A stretch of 38,245 nucleotides of DNA from IMG/VR virus record IMGVR_UViG_3300000517_000001. The stretch is one strand, 5' to 3'. The translations under genes and the position numbers were made by a program. Of this stretch, positions 1 to 7,392 are shown one piece after another. Below the pieces are notes generated by a model. It was not told the DNA's origin. It saw only the letters and a list, made by a program, of their open reading frames with translations, and searched no databases. The stretch is from a virus. Lineage: Duplodnaviria > Heunggongvirae > Uroviricota > Caudoviricetes. The stretch's first letter is position 1, and the number at the start of each line of letters is the position of its first letter.

Positions 1-741
1 TTGCATCCAAGGGCACATCCAAACTTTAAGCCCAATCTTACGAACATTGTAAGAAAACATATAGTCTTCAGATAGGTAGCGACGAGTTTCTGGATCAATA
101 ATAGTATCAAAGAATGCAGTGATTTCTCGTGTACCGTCAAAGTGTTCAGTACGAGCATGATCTGGCTTATAGCTTAATTCGGGGAATGCTTTAGCATACT
201 TATCAAACACCGAACGCTTGATCATCATAAACCCAGTACCGCCTTCACGGATTTCTACAGGTTCATCAAGCTTAAACGACTTAATGTTTTTTGCAGGATT
301 AAAGACAAAGTCGCCAACAAAATGTTCGAGCTGAAAAGGATTATCTTCACCATAGCCTTGATTAGCTGCAGCCTTTACCTTTTCCCAAGCAATCGTCTTC
401 TTAGGATAAGGACCAGTAATAACGTCATAATCATTTTCCTCATCACAGAGATGAAGAAGCGCAAGGACATCTTTGTAGTTAAAACCAATATCAGAATCGA
501 TAAACATCAAGTGTGTAAAACCCGAACGAAGGAATTCATCAACACAATAGTTACGAGCGCGAGTAATTAGACTCTCATTAAAAAGATAATAGAATCGTAC
601 TTCAATACCATGCTGAGCACAGACCATCGCAAGATCATTTGTTGCTTTGGTATACATGCCGGCACATTGTCCGCCGTACATTGGTGTAGCAATAAAGAGC
701 TTCTTTTTTCGTAGCTCTTCTACATTTAATTCAATTTTCAT
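1..741 (-). CDS. GT-A fold glycosyltransferase-like protein (3' end beyond window; missing from ORF track)
   Basis: Manual translation from ATG at 741 (TAATG overlap with the upstream stop) is open to the window edge: MKIELNVEELRKKKLFIATPMYGGQCAG...SLITRARN...THLMFIDSDIGF...GTGFMMIKRSVF...YLSEDYMF. It has a DxD motif (FIDSD) and the GT2-like SEDY motif. Confidence 0.75.
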   Translation of the reverse strand, partial: MKIELNVEELRKKKLFIATPMYGGQCAGMYTKATNDLAMVCAQHGIEVRFYYLFNESLITRARNYCVDEFLRSGFTHLMFIDSDIGFNYKDVLALLHLCDEENDYDVITGPYPKKTIAWEKVKAAANQGYGEDNPFQLEHFVGDFVFNPAKNIKSFKLDEPVEIREGGTGFMMIKRSVFDKYAKAFPELSYKPDHARTEHFDGTREITAFFDTIIDPETRRYLSEDYMFSYNVRKIGLKVWMCPWMQ

Positions 742-1028
742 TATACATTATTCTCCATATCATGTACATAAAGCTGCAGTATAGCATAATGCAATACTTT
801 CATCAAATCTTTACGTGCTTCTGCTGGACCACCCTTTTTACCATATCTATTTGAATACTTATCGACATTACCCATACAAAAACCAGTCCCATGGCCCCGG
901 TCAATAATCACTTCGGTTGATTGAATTTTACCTGTTGCGTAATGTTGATCGTAAGTTTTATCAATATAGTCTCGAAGTTCATCAATGTAAATATCTTCAT
1001 TGAATTTATAATCAATATAGTCTTTCAT
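741..1028 (-). CDS. DUF3310 / T7 gp1.7-like (SaV-like) putative nucleotide kinase
   Basis: QHYATGKIQSTEVI...FCMGNVDKYSNRYGKK...KDLMKVLHYA fits the HY..GN..KY..R...K..DL.K...Y pattern. The start is probably ATG 1028 (MKDYI), which has a GGAGAG SD, rather than 1106. Confidence 0.65.
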   Translation of the reverse strand: MKDYIDYKFNEDIYIDELRDYIDKTYDQHYATGKIQSTEVIIDRGHGTGFCMGNVDKYSNRYGKKGGPAEARKDLMKVLHYAILQLYVHDMENNV

Positions 1029-1044
1029 TATCTCTCCACTTGTT

Positions 1045-2235
1045 TCAAGAAAAAAATCCTTCCAATGTATTACTACGTTCATTATATTCAGCAGTTTGAT
1101 TACCATTATACTGCATTATAAAGTCAGTGTCAACCATTACTAACTCATTATTCAAATATTTTTTCACCTCTGTGGCCATATCAGTGGCTGTTTGGACTGG
1201 AACGTTTTGACAAATATGATTCACTGTTGTAGTGTTTGCTTTTACAAGCTCAAAATCATCAGGCATACCCATAATTGTAAGAGCCTCTCGGAAATCAATA
1301 TAACGATCTTCTGTAGGATGTGTAAGCATAAAGGGATACCTTCCCACAAATGCACCAATCTTGTCCTTTGGAACAATGGTGTGTCTTCTTGTTATTTCAT
1401 TTCCTGCTTTAAGTTTTTCATATCGACGTTCACAGCGTTCAACTTCTTCATTATAACCTTTTTCTTTCATCCATTCAGCTACTTCAAGGTAATTACGATG
1501 CTGTTCAATATAAGCCAACGCATCAGAATTACGAGCTGAACGAGGTGGTACCATCTCTGAGAATTCCCTATGAGAAATGCCCTCGTGAATATTTTCGAGA
1601 ATGTACCTATAGTAGGGATCGTCACGAGATGGTACATTTTTATTTATCAACTTTCTCATTGAATTTGAGGAAATATTTGAAATTAATTCCTCAATCGGTA
1701 TATAAGGTGTTTTGTAATAAGAAAGAAGTGGTGTCTTACTATCTTTCCAAAAGAAGTAAAATGCTCTTTCACGAATTTGTGGATTGCCATGTAATTCACT
1801 TTTGGTTCTATACACAGACATCGTATAACCATGTTCAGAACCAATACGCTTCATTTCATTTAGGATTGGTTCTCCCATTTTACCGGCAAGTCCTGGAGCA
1901 TTCTCACCCCATAACACACGTGGCTTCAATGATTTAAGAACATAAGCTGTAGTCTTGATAAGCCAGTCATTAGTAATGTTGTCAGAACCAGCATCTTTTG
2001 ATAGACGAGAAAGACCTGCACATGGGCATGTCGAGCAAATAACATCAACATAACCCAAATCCGGAACACCTTTACCTAATTGATAATACGGAACGTCTCC
2101 ATAATATTCTACAAGATGTTGATCATTGTCTTGAAAATCTGAATAGGACAGCAAATACTCAGGCTTACTACCAAAAGCTTTTTGCTGTCCTAAAACAAGA
2201 CCACCGATTAAGGGAACGATGGCTGCATGATTCAT
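1045..2235 (-). CDS. C5-cytosine DNA methyltransferase-fold protein with atypical motif I
   Basis: Motif IV (STCPCAGLS), VI (ENAPGL), VIII (QIRERAFY), IX (RYIDFREALTIMGMPDDF) and X (ICQNVPV) are present. Motif I reads IVPLIGG instead of FxGxGG. Confidence 0.8.
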   Translation of the reverse strand: MNHAAIVPLIGGLVLGQQKAFGSKPEYLLSYSDFQDNDQHLVEYYGDVPYYQLGKGVPDLGYVDVICSTCPCAGLSRLSKDAGSDNITNDWLIKTTAYVLKSLKPRVLWGENAPGLAGKMGEPILNEMKRIGSEHGYTMSVYRTKSELHGNPQIRERAFYFFWKDSKTPLLSYYKTPYIPIEELISNISSNSMRKLINKNVPSRDDPYYRYILENIHEGISHREFSEMVPPRSARNSDALAYIEQHRNYLEVAEWMKEKGYNEEVERCERRYEKLKAGNEITRRHTIVPKDKIGAFVGRYPFMLTHPTEDRYIDFREALTIMGMPDDFELVKANTTTVNHICQNVPVQTATDMATEVKKYLNNELVMVDTDFIMQYNGNQTAEYNERSNTLEGFFS

Positions 2236-3242
2236 GTCATAAACCTTAGTGCTGTTTTCATTGCCGAGTTAATAGCCATGTCCATATCCAAATAAGCATA
2301 AAGACCACATCTTCCAATGAAAGTAGTATTCTCAGTAGGAATAGAACGATACTTAGCATAAAGATCACGATTTACACCATCTTTATCTTTCACTGGATAA
2401 TAACGTTCCATATCATTATCGCGGTAATCGCATGGCTCTTCGTATGTAAGAACAGTCATTTTTTCGTTAATGCCATGTCCTGGAATATTTTTCCATTCAG
2501 TAACTCTTGTATAAGGACCGGTATGAGTGAAGTTAACAGTAGTAGTTGGTAGTACTTTAGCCATTGGCAGCGTCACATTATGGAATCGAATAGAACGGTA
2601 TGGCAGTTCACCATACTTTTTACCATGATACACATCAATTGGCATTGAGTTGAATACGTGGTTATAATGGGATTCCATATCCTTTTTGAATTGAACCTCG
2701 AGCATCACTTTAATATTCGGATGATCGAGCATATTCTCTACAAGGTGCGTATATCCACCAAATGGCATTGCTTGAAAGTTATCATTCGGAAAATAATACT
2801 CGTTGTCATCATCGCGAATAGGAACTCGATTTACAATATCAGGATTGAGTTCGTCAAGACTCATACCCCACATTTTTTTAGTGTATGGCCTAAAGAAAAT
2901 ATCGAGAACATTCTCTTCACCAACGATCTCTTTAGTTTCGCGATTTACAGGCAAAGTGACATAACGGCCATCTTTAAGCTGAGCCTTTACTTTATGCTTA
3001 TAAGGAAGCCACGCAGTAAAACGAGAAAGAAAGTCAACTACCTCCTGGTTATTTGTATGAAAAAGATGAGGGCCATACTGGTGAATTCGAATACCGTTTT
3101 CATCTAGATAGTCATATGCATTACCAGCAACATGATCACGACGATCAATCACATGCACATTTCTTCCATTGTCAGCGAGCATACGAGCAATTGTGGCGCC
3201 AGAAAATCCAGCGCCTATTACGAGAATATCATTTTCTGGCAT
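2232..3242 (-). CDS. glf: UDP-galactopyranose mutase
   Basis: FAD motif VIGAGFSG, plus AGNAYD, HQYGPHLFHT, YTKKMWG, RVPIR, YYFPNDNFQAMP, TRVTEWK, RYYP and GRCGLYAYLDMD. Confidence 0.93.
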   Translation of the reverse strand: MPENDILVIGAGFSGATIARMLADNGRNVHVIDRRDHVAGNAYDYLDENGIRIHQYGPHLFHTNNQEVVDFLSRFTAWLPYKHKVKAQLKDGRYVTLPVNRETKEIVGEENVLDIFFRPYTKKMWGMSLDELNPDIVNRVPIRDDDNEYYFPNDNFQAMPFGGYTHLVENMLDHPNIKVMLEVQFKKDMESHYNHVFNSMPIDVYHGKKYGELPYRSIRFHNVTLPMAKVLPTTTVNFTHTGPYTRVTEWKNIPGHGINEKMTVLTYEEPCDYRDNDMERYYPVKDKDGVNRDLYAKYRSIPTENTTFIGRCGLYAYLDMDMAINSAMKTALRFMT

Positions 3243-4335
3243 TGAGAATAGCCTCCAATTCTTTTTGTGTCACATTCTTATCAAGAGGATGATTATCATA
3301 CAAGCAATCATGCTGATCTTTTGCTGTTTGAATGAGTTGTTCAAGTGTCATTTCTTCTACTTGTGCGGCAGTAAGACCAACATATGCATCACCATATACC
3401 TTACCTTCAGCGTCATCACAAATAAGAATAGAACCAACATCTGCAACCTGAAGTGGACGAGCTCTCCACCAACCAGAACCAGCGTGGTGGTAGCCAGGCA
3501 TCAAGCAACCCCATTGCTTTTCATAAACACGACACATGTCATATTCTTTAAGACGCTCGCTTTTGTAGTCATCATTTTTGCCAGCATTCTTTTGGCCGAA
3601 GTAATCAATCTCCCATTTCCAATCATCATTCTGATCTTTCAACCAACGACGAGTACGGCGATGGAGAAGTGATGCAAAGTTCCACTTACGCTGTTTTTCT
3701 TCAGGAGATACAGTCTCAGTGAAAAGCTTTACAGTACCATCTTCAAAGTTGTTATCAGGTCTACGATTCAAATGATATGGGTTTGGATTAAAGGTAAAGA
3801 GTTTATCCTTTTGCCAGCCAAGATCCATAAGATCGAGATCACCACCAGCAAATGCAGAAACAAGAAGACGATTGTTTCGATTTTCTACAATAGTACATCC
3901 ATCAATATAGTCTTGTGCATGTGCTTTAATAGTCTCTTCGCTTTCAGATCCGCCGTAATGGTCAAAAAGATACTTACGAAAAGGCTTGTTGTCTTCAATA
4001 ATAGACTCTTTGTACTTAACAATACTATCAATCATGCCTTTGAATTGCCAGTCGTCAAATGCAAGAATACAGTCAGGACGCTGAGCAATAGTCCAAAGAC
4101 CAGACCAAATACGAGCTGCAAATGATTGAAGGTTATGAATGTATACAATGACTTCATCATAACCAGAAAGGTCTTCGCCAATTGTTACAGGACGTTGATC
4201 TACTTCCCAGCCCATATCTTCAAGACATCGAATAAGACCATAATGACTCGGAACAACCTGAAGTTGCTGACGAAGATAAAAGTCGCGTTGTGTTTGTGCT
4301 TGGTTAATACCAGTAATTAGAATTCGTTTACTCAT
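3229..4335 (-). CDS. T4 beta-glucosyltransferase-like GT-B DNA glycosyltransferase
   Basis: N-terminal VVPSHYGL...EDMGWEVDQ...GYDEVIV and C-terminal RARPLQVADVGSILICD...QHDCL parallel the T4 Bgt sequence as I recall it (VPSSE...EMGLNVDI...DYDRLIV; LRVWETMASDAVMLID...QHDIL). The start is probably ATG 4335 (MSKRIL), with a GGAG SD and an ATGA overlap with galE. Confidence 0.62.
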   Translation of the reverse strand: MSKRILITGINQAQTQRDFYLRQQLQVVPSHYGLIRCLEDMGWEVDQRPVTIGEDLSGYDEVIVYIHNLQSFAARIWSGLWTIAQRPDCILAFDDWQFKGMIDSIVKYKESIIEDNKPFRKYLFDHYGGSESEETIKAHAQDYIDGCTIVENRNNRLLVSAFAGGDLDLMDLGWQKDKLFTFNPNPYHLNRRPDNNFEDGTVKLFTETVSPEEKQRKWNFASLLHRRTRRWLKDQNDDWKWEIDYFGQKNAGKNDDYKSERLKEYDMCRVYEKQWGCLMPGYHHAGSGWWRARPLQVADVGSILICDDAEGKVYGDAYVGLTAAQVEEMTLEQLIQTAKDQHDCLYDNHPLDKNVTQKELEAILNARK

Positions 4336-5198
4336 TTTTTCTCCATAGAATATGCGCTGCGACACATATCGCCTAACGTATGATTAATACTAACATATTT
4401 GCTTAAATTGTCAACTACTAACTTTGCAGGATCGCCTGACCTTCTTTCACCAAAGTTCACATCAAAGTCAATTCCAGTTACTCGCTTCATTGTATTTACA
4501 ACCTCAAGGTTAGAATATCCTGCACCTGATCCAATGCACTCGTATGGTGTGTTGGACGGAGTATTTATACAACTTAAAAGTGACTCAGCAAGATCAACCA
4601 CATGGACATAATCACGAATGCAGGTTCCATCAGGAGTATCGTAGTCATCACCGAAGATTGTTATAGAGTCTCTTTGACCAGCAGCAGTGAGAGCAGCAAT
4701 ATGCATTAAATGTGAAGGATCACAAATTTGTCTAAACTCTCCGTTGTTCCCTGCTACGTTAAAGAAACGAAAGATTGTATAGTCATTTGCAATTTGCTTT
4801 ACTGCTTCTTCGGCAATAATTTTCGACTTGGCATACGGAGAGATTGGATCAAATGCACCACCAGTAGAAGCAAAAACGAAGTGACCATATTTTACATTTT
4901 GCAGGAGATTGATTGTTCCTTGTACGTTCGTCTCATAATAGCTATTTGGTTTCTCAACAGATTCAGCAACAGAGATAAGAGCTGCACAATGGATTACCAC
5001 ATCATAATACTGATCTATCCAAAAGATTTCATCTTTTTTACGGATATCAATATTATAGAATTTTGTGATATATTTGTAGATGCTGTTTTTAGAGTGTTCA
5101 ATATCTAGGCCATGAACATTATGACCAGCTTCATATGCAGCCTTTACAATATGAGAGCCAATATAACCACATGCACCTGTTATGAGGATTTTAGCCAT
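4332..5198 (-). CDS. galE: UDP-glucose 4-epimerase-like extended SDR
   Basis: ITGACGYIGSH NAD motif, HCAALISVAESVEKPNSYYETNVQGT, catalytic YAKSK, FRFFNVAG, IFGDDYDTPDGTCIRDYVHVVDLA and RRSGDP. Confidence 0.88.
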   Translation of the reverse strand: MAKILITGACGYIGSHIVKAAYEAGHNVHGLDIEHSKNSIYKYITKFYNIDIRKKDEIFWIDQYYDVVIHCAALISVAESVEKPNSYYETNVQGTINLLQNVKYGHFVFASTGGAFDPISPYAKSKIIAEEAVKQIANDYTIFRFFNVAGNNGEFRQICDPSHLMHIAALTAAGQRDSITIFGDDYDTPDGTCIRDYVHVVDLAESLLSCINTPSNTPYECIGSGAGYSNLEVVNTMKRVTGIDFDVNFGERRSGDPAKLVVDNLSKYVSINHTLGDMCRSAYSMEKK

Positions 5199-5542
5199 TC
5201 TTTACATTCCTTTAATTTGTTCATTTCAAATTCCTTATCATTCAGCTGTCTATTCAGCGGAGATGGGTGTGGCATCATAAAATGCTCGATCCCAGCTGTA
5301 TTTAGTGTTTTTGAAACGAAGCCACCGAGAGCTATTACTTTGTCATAACCCTCGGTGAAAGAATTTAAAATGTTGTAGTCTATCATATCAGACTTGTATG
5401 GACCTGGTGTATGAATAATATTTGTGAATGAAAAGTGTTGAGCATTAAAATAATCTACCCATCGATTTAGACGTTTGATTGTTCCACTTACTCGCTTGGG
5501 ATTACCCTGAGATGGGTTGATCCCCACAATCAATAAATTCAT
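5180..5542 (-). CDS. Miniature uracil-DNA glycosylase superfamily protein (MUG/SMUG-like motifs)
   Basis: Motif A-like IVGINPS, central FTN, VIALG and motif B PHPSPLN. The start is probably ATG 5542, which has a GGAG SD. Confidence 0.7.
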   Translation of the reverse strand: MNLLIVGINPSQGNPKRVSGTIKRLNRWVDYFNAQHFSFTNIIHTPGPYKSDMIDYNILNSFTEGYDKVIALGGFVSKTLNTAGIEHFMMPHPSPLNRQLNDKEFEMNKLKECKEWLKSS

Positions 5543-5984
5543 ATTCAACTCCAGCTTCAAGAAACATGGTTTTAGACAATTTAAATGACTCAGCCCACTG
5601 TTCAGGATAGTTTTTCTTTGGCATGACTACTCGCCTGATACCAACTTGAATTACACCCTTTGCACATTCAGAGCAACAAGGAAGACCCCAAATATAAAGG
5701 GTAGAGCCATCGAGAGAAACACCGTTATATGTAGCATTATATATTGCATTCATTTCGGCGTGAACAATTAATTTATATTTTTTCTCTTTATATTCGTACC
5801 TTACTTGCCGATCAATAATACCACGCGGAAATCCATTATAGCCTTGGGAAAGAACTTGACCTTTATTTCCAATTGCCACTGCACCAATCTTCGAAGAAGG
5901 ATCTTTAGACCAGCTCGATACTTCTCGAGCCAGTCCAAGATAACGAATATCCCATTTATTTGACAAGATGAAAGTGCCTTTCAT
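5502..5984 (-). CDS. cd: dCMP deaminase
   Basis: SKDPSSKIGAV, GYNGFPRG, zinc motifs HAEMNAI and PCCSECAK. The start is uncertain (ATG 5984 or TTG 5966). Confidence 0.9.
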   Translation of the reverse strand: MKGTFILSNKWDIRYLGLAREVSSWSKDPSSKIGAVAIGNKGQVLSQGYNGFPRGIIDRQVRYEYKEKKYKLIVHAEMNAIYNATYNGVSLDGSTLYIWGLPCCSECAKGVIQVGIRRVVMPKKNYPEQWAESFKLSKTMFLEAGVEYEFIDCGDQPISG

Positions 5985-6621
5985 ACACGTGGAGTGATCC
6001 TGCACTCCAGTAAATATCACCCTTTTGATATCCAGTCTCATCTGCTACCATACCGAGAACATAATCCTGCCATGCTCGATCGTTTTTGTAACCAAAAATT
6101 GCATCATTGCTGCGCATTTGAACGATAGCATTGACTTGCCCATCACGCTGGAGATACTGTACAGTGTTAGTACACATAAAGTCAGATCGACCATTCTTAT
6201 TATAATCAACCTGCATTTCAGGACGAGTATAGATCATGATAGCACGACGAGTATCTGGATCATTTTTGAGTGCTTCGACGCACTTTGAATATTGATTACC
6301 ATTTTCAGGTGAAAAAATACACCAACCGTAGTTAGAGTTAATAAAGCCATCTTTATCAGCAACGGTCATCCAAATCTGTGGTGGATTAGTTTCTTGTTTC
6401 ACACCACCTGGCATATCATATACATTCAAAGAGCAAGACTCATACCATGCGATTTCACGTTCTACATAGTCCCAGTTTACTTTACCAAAGATTGCTGGTT
6501 CATCTGCAATGAAGGTACCACCCATAATTTCAAGTGTATTCACACCGGTTTTGTCTGTAACATATTCATTGTTACAAAGCTTGCGAATAAACTCTTTACG
6601 AATATCGCTTACTCTCATCAT
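5956..6621 (-). CDS. gp42: dCMP hydroxymethylase (thymidylate synthase fold, T4 gp42-like)
   Basis: EREIAWY, INSNYGW, DTRRAIMIY, catalytic DFMCTN, MRSNDAIFGYKND and GSLHVYERHF. The residue 8 after the RSxD aspartate is Asp (the cytosine-selective type), not the Asn of ThyA. Confidence 0.88.
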   Translation of the reverse strand: MMRVSDIRKEFIRKLCNNEYVTDKTGVNTLEIMGGTFIADEPAIFGKVNWDYVEREIAWYESCSLNVYDMPGGVKQETNPPQIWMTVADKDGFINSNYGWCIFSPENGNQYSKCVEALKNDPDTRRAIMIYTRPEMQVDYNKNGRSDFMCTNTVQYLQRDGQVNAIVQMRSNDAIFGYKNDRAWQDYVLGMVADETGYQKGDIYWSAGSLHVYERHFHLVK

Positions 6622-6905
6622 TCTTGGCCATCCATTCTGCCTTCGGCAAACTCACAAAAGAATGCTGCATAGTTGATGAGATCACGAGCAGAGTCTTCAA
6701 GAGACTCAAAGTCATTTTCACCGGGTTCAGCAAGCAAAGAGCGCATACGAGTCATCTTTTGATGCATCATAACCCAAATGTCTTGTAGACCATTCGGGTA
6801 ATACTCTGCTTGTGGGATACGATTATATGCAGCACCTTTACGACGCATCAAATCTGCACAGTCGTAAAGTACTTCAATTGCATAGCGATCTTCTTGTTCA
6901 GACAT
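6618..6905 (-). CDS. DUF1599 / nucleotide modification associated domain 1 (MazG-like all-alpha fold)
   Basis: RRKGAAYN...HQKMTRMRSL...ESLEDSARDLINYA matches the K..(D)Y..K..R..E...D...D..NY pattern. ATGA overlap with gp42. Confidence 0.65.
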   Translation of the reverse strand: MSEQEDRYAIEVLYDCADLMRRKGAAYNRIPQAEYYPNGLQDIWVMMHQKMTRMRSLLAEPGENDFESLEDSARDLINYAAFFCEFAEGRMDGQE

Positions 6906-6907
6906 AA

Positions 6908-7360
6908 TTATCCTTTCGTTATTTGGTTAGTGAGACTAATGATTTCATTGGATATTATTTTATCAACATCACAAATTGGAGTGAGATGTCTTAGTTCATA
7001 GCTTCTCACTTGTTTATTTTTAAAATTTAAAATGCGATATCGATTATCAATACACATAAAGAGTTGACATACTTTCTCTTTGCGAAAATAATCATATTTT
7101 TTATGAGGCACAGCAATGAAGAAAATATAATCAACATTATCAAGCTTAAGCCATTGACTTTCTTCCATCCAAAGGCTTTGTGTTTTAGCTATGAATGTAG
7201 TGGTTTTTACCTCATATTTATGAGGACCGATCATACCATCTTTTTCTGAGTCATACTTATATGTACTTCTCACTGCATATGGAAATTTCTCGGCTACTAC
7301 ACATTCACCAAGCTCGCCGATCCGTTCTTTAATATCATCATATGTAAGATTAGAAATCAT
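6908..7360 (-). CDS. PD-(D/E)xK restriction-endonuclease-fold protein
   Basis: GELGE helix, KDG and YEVKT arrangement of candidate catalytic residues. Confidence 0.55.
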   Translation of the reverse strand: MISNLTYDDIKERIGELGECVVAEKFPYAVRSTYKYDSEKDGMIGPHKYEVKTTTFIAKTQSLWMEESQWLKLDNVDYIFFIAVPHKKYDYFRKEKVCQLFMCIDNRYRILNFKNKQVRSYELRHLTPICDVDKIISNEIISLTNQITKG

Positions 7361-7392
7361 ACGTTGCTCCTATAGATGTAATTTTAATTGTG

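Noticed and set aside
2232-5198. galE and glf as a captured host LPS/O-antigen cluster or prophage serotype-conversion cassette
   Set aside because: Not fully excluded, but there is no flippase, polymerase or membrane protein. The intervening transferase resembles a DNA glycosyltransferase, and the neighbours are all nucleotide or DNA enzymes in a lytic T4-like backbone.
5956-6621. Interpretation as an ordinary thymidylate synthase or dUMP hydroxymethylase
   Set aside because: The specificity position after RSND is Asp (GYKND), as in cytosine-acting gp42, not Asn. Whether the product is hm-dCMP or another C5-substituted dCMP still needs chemistry.
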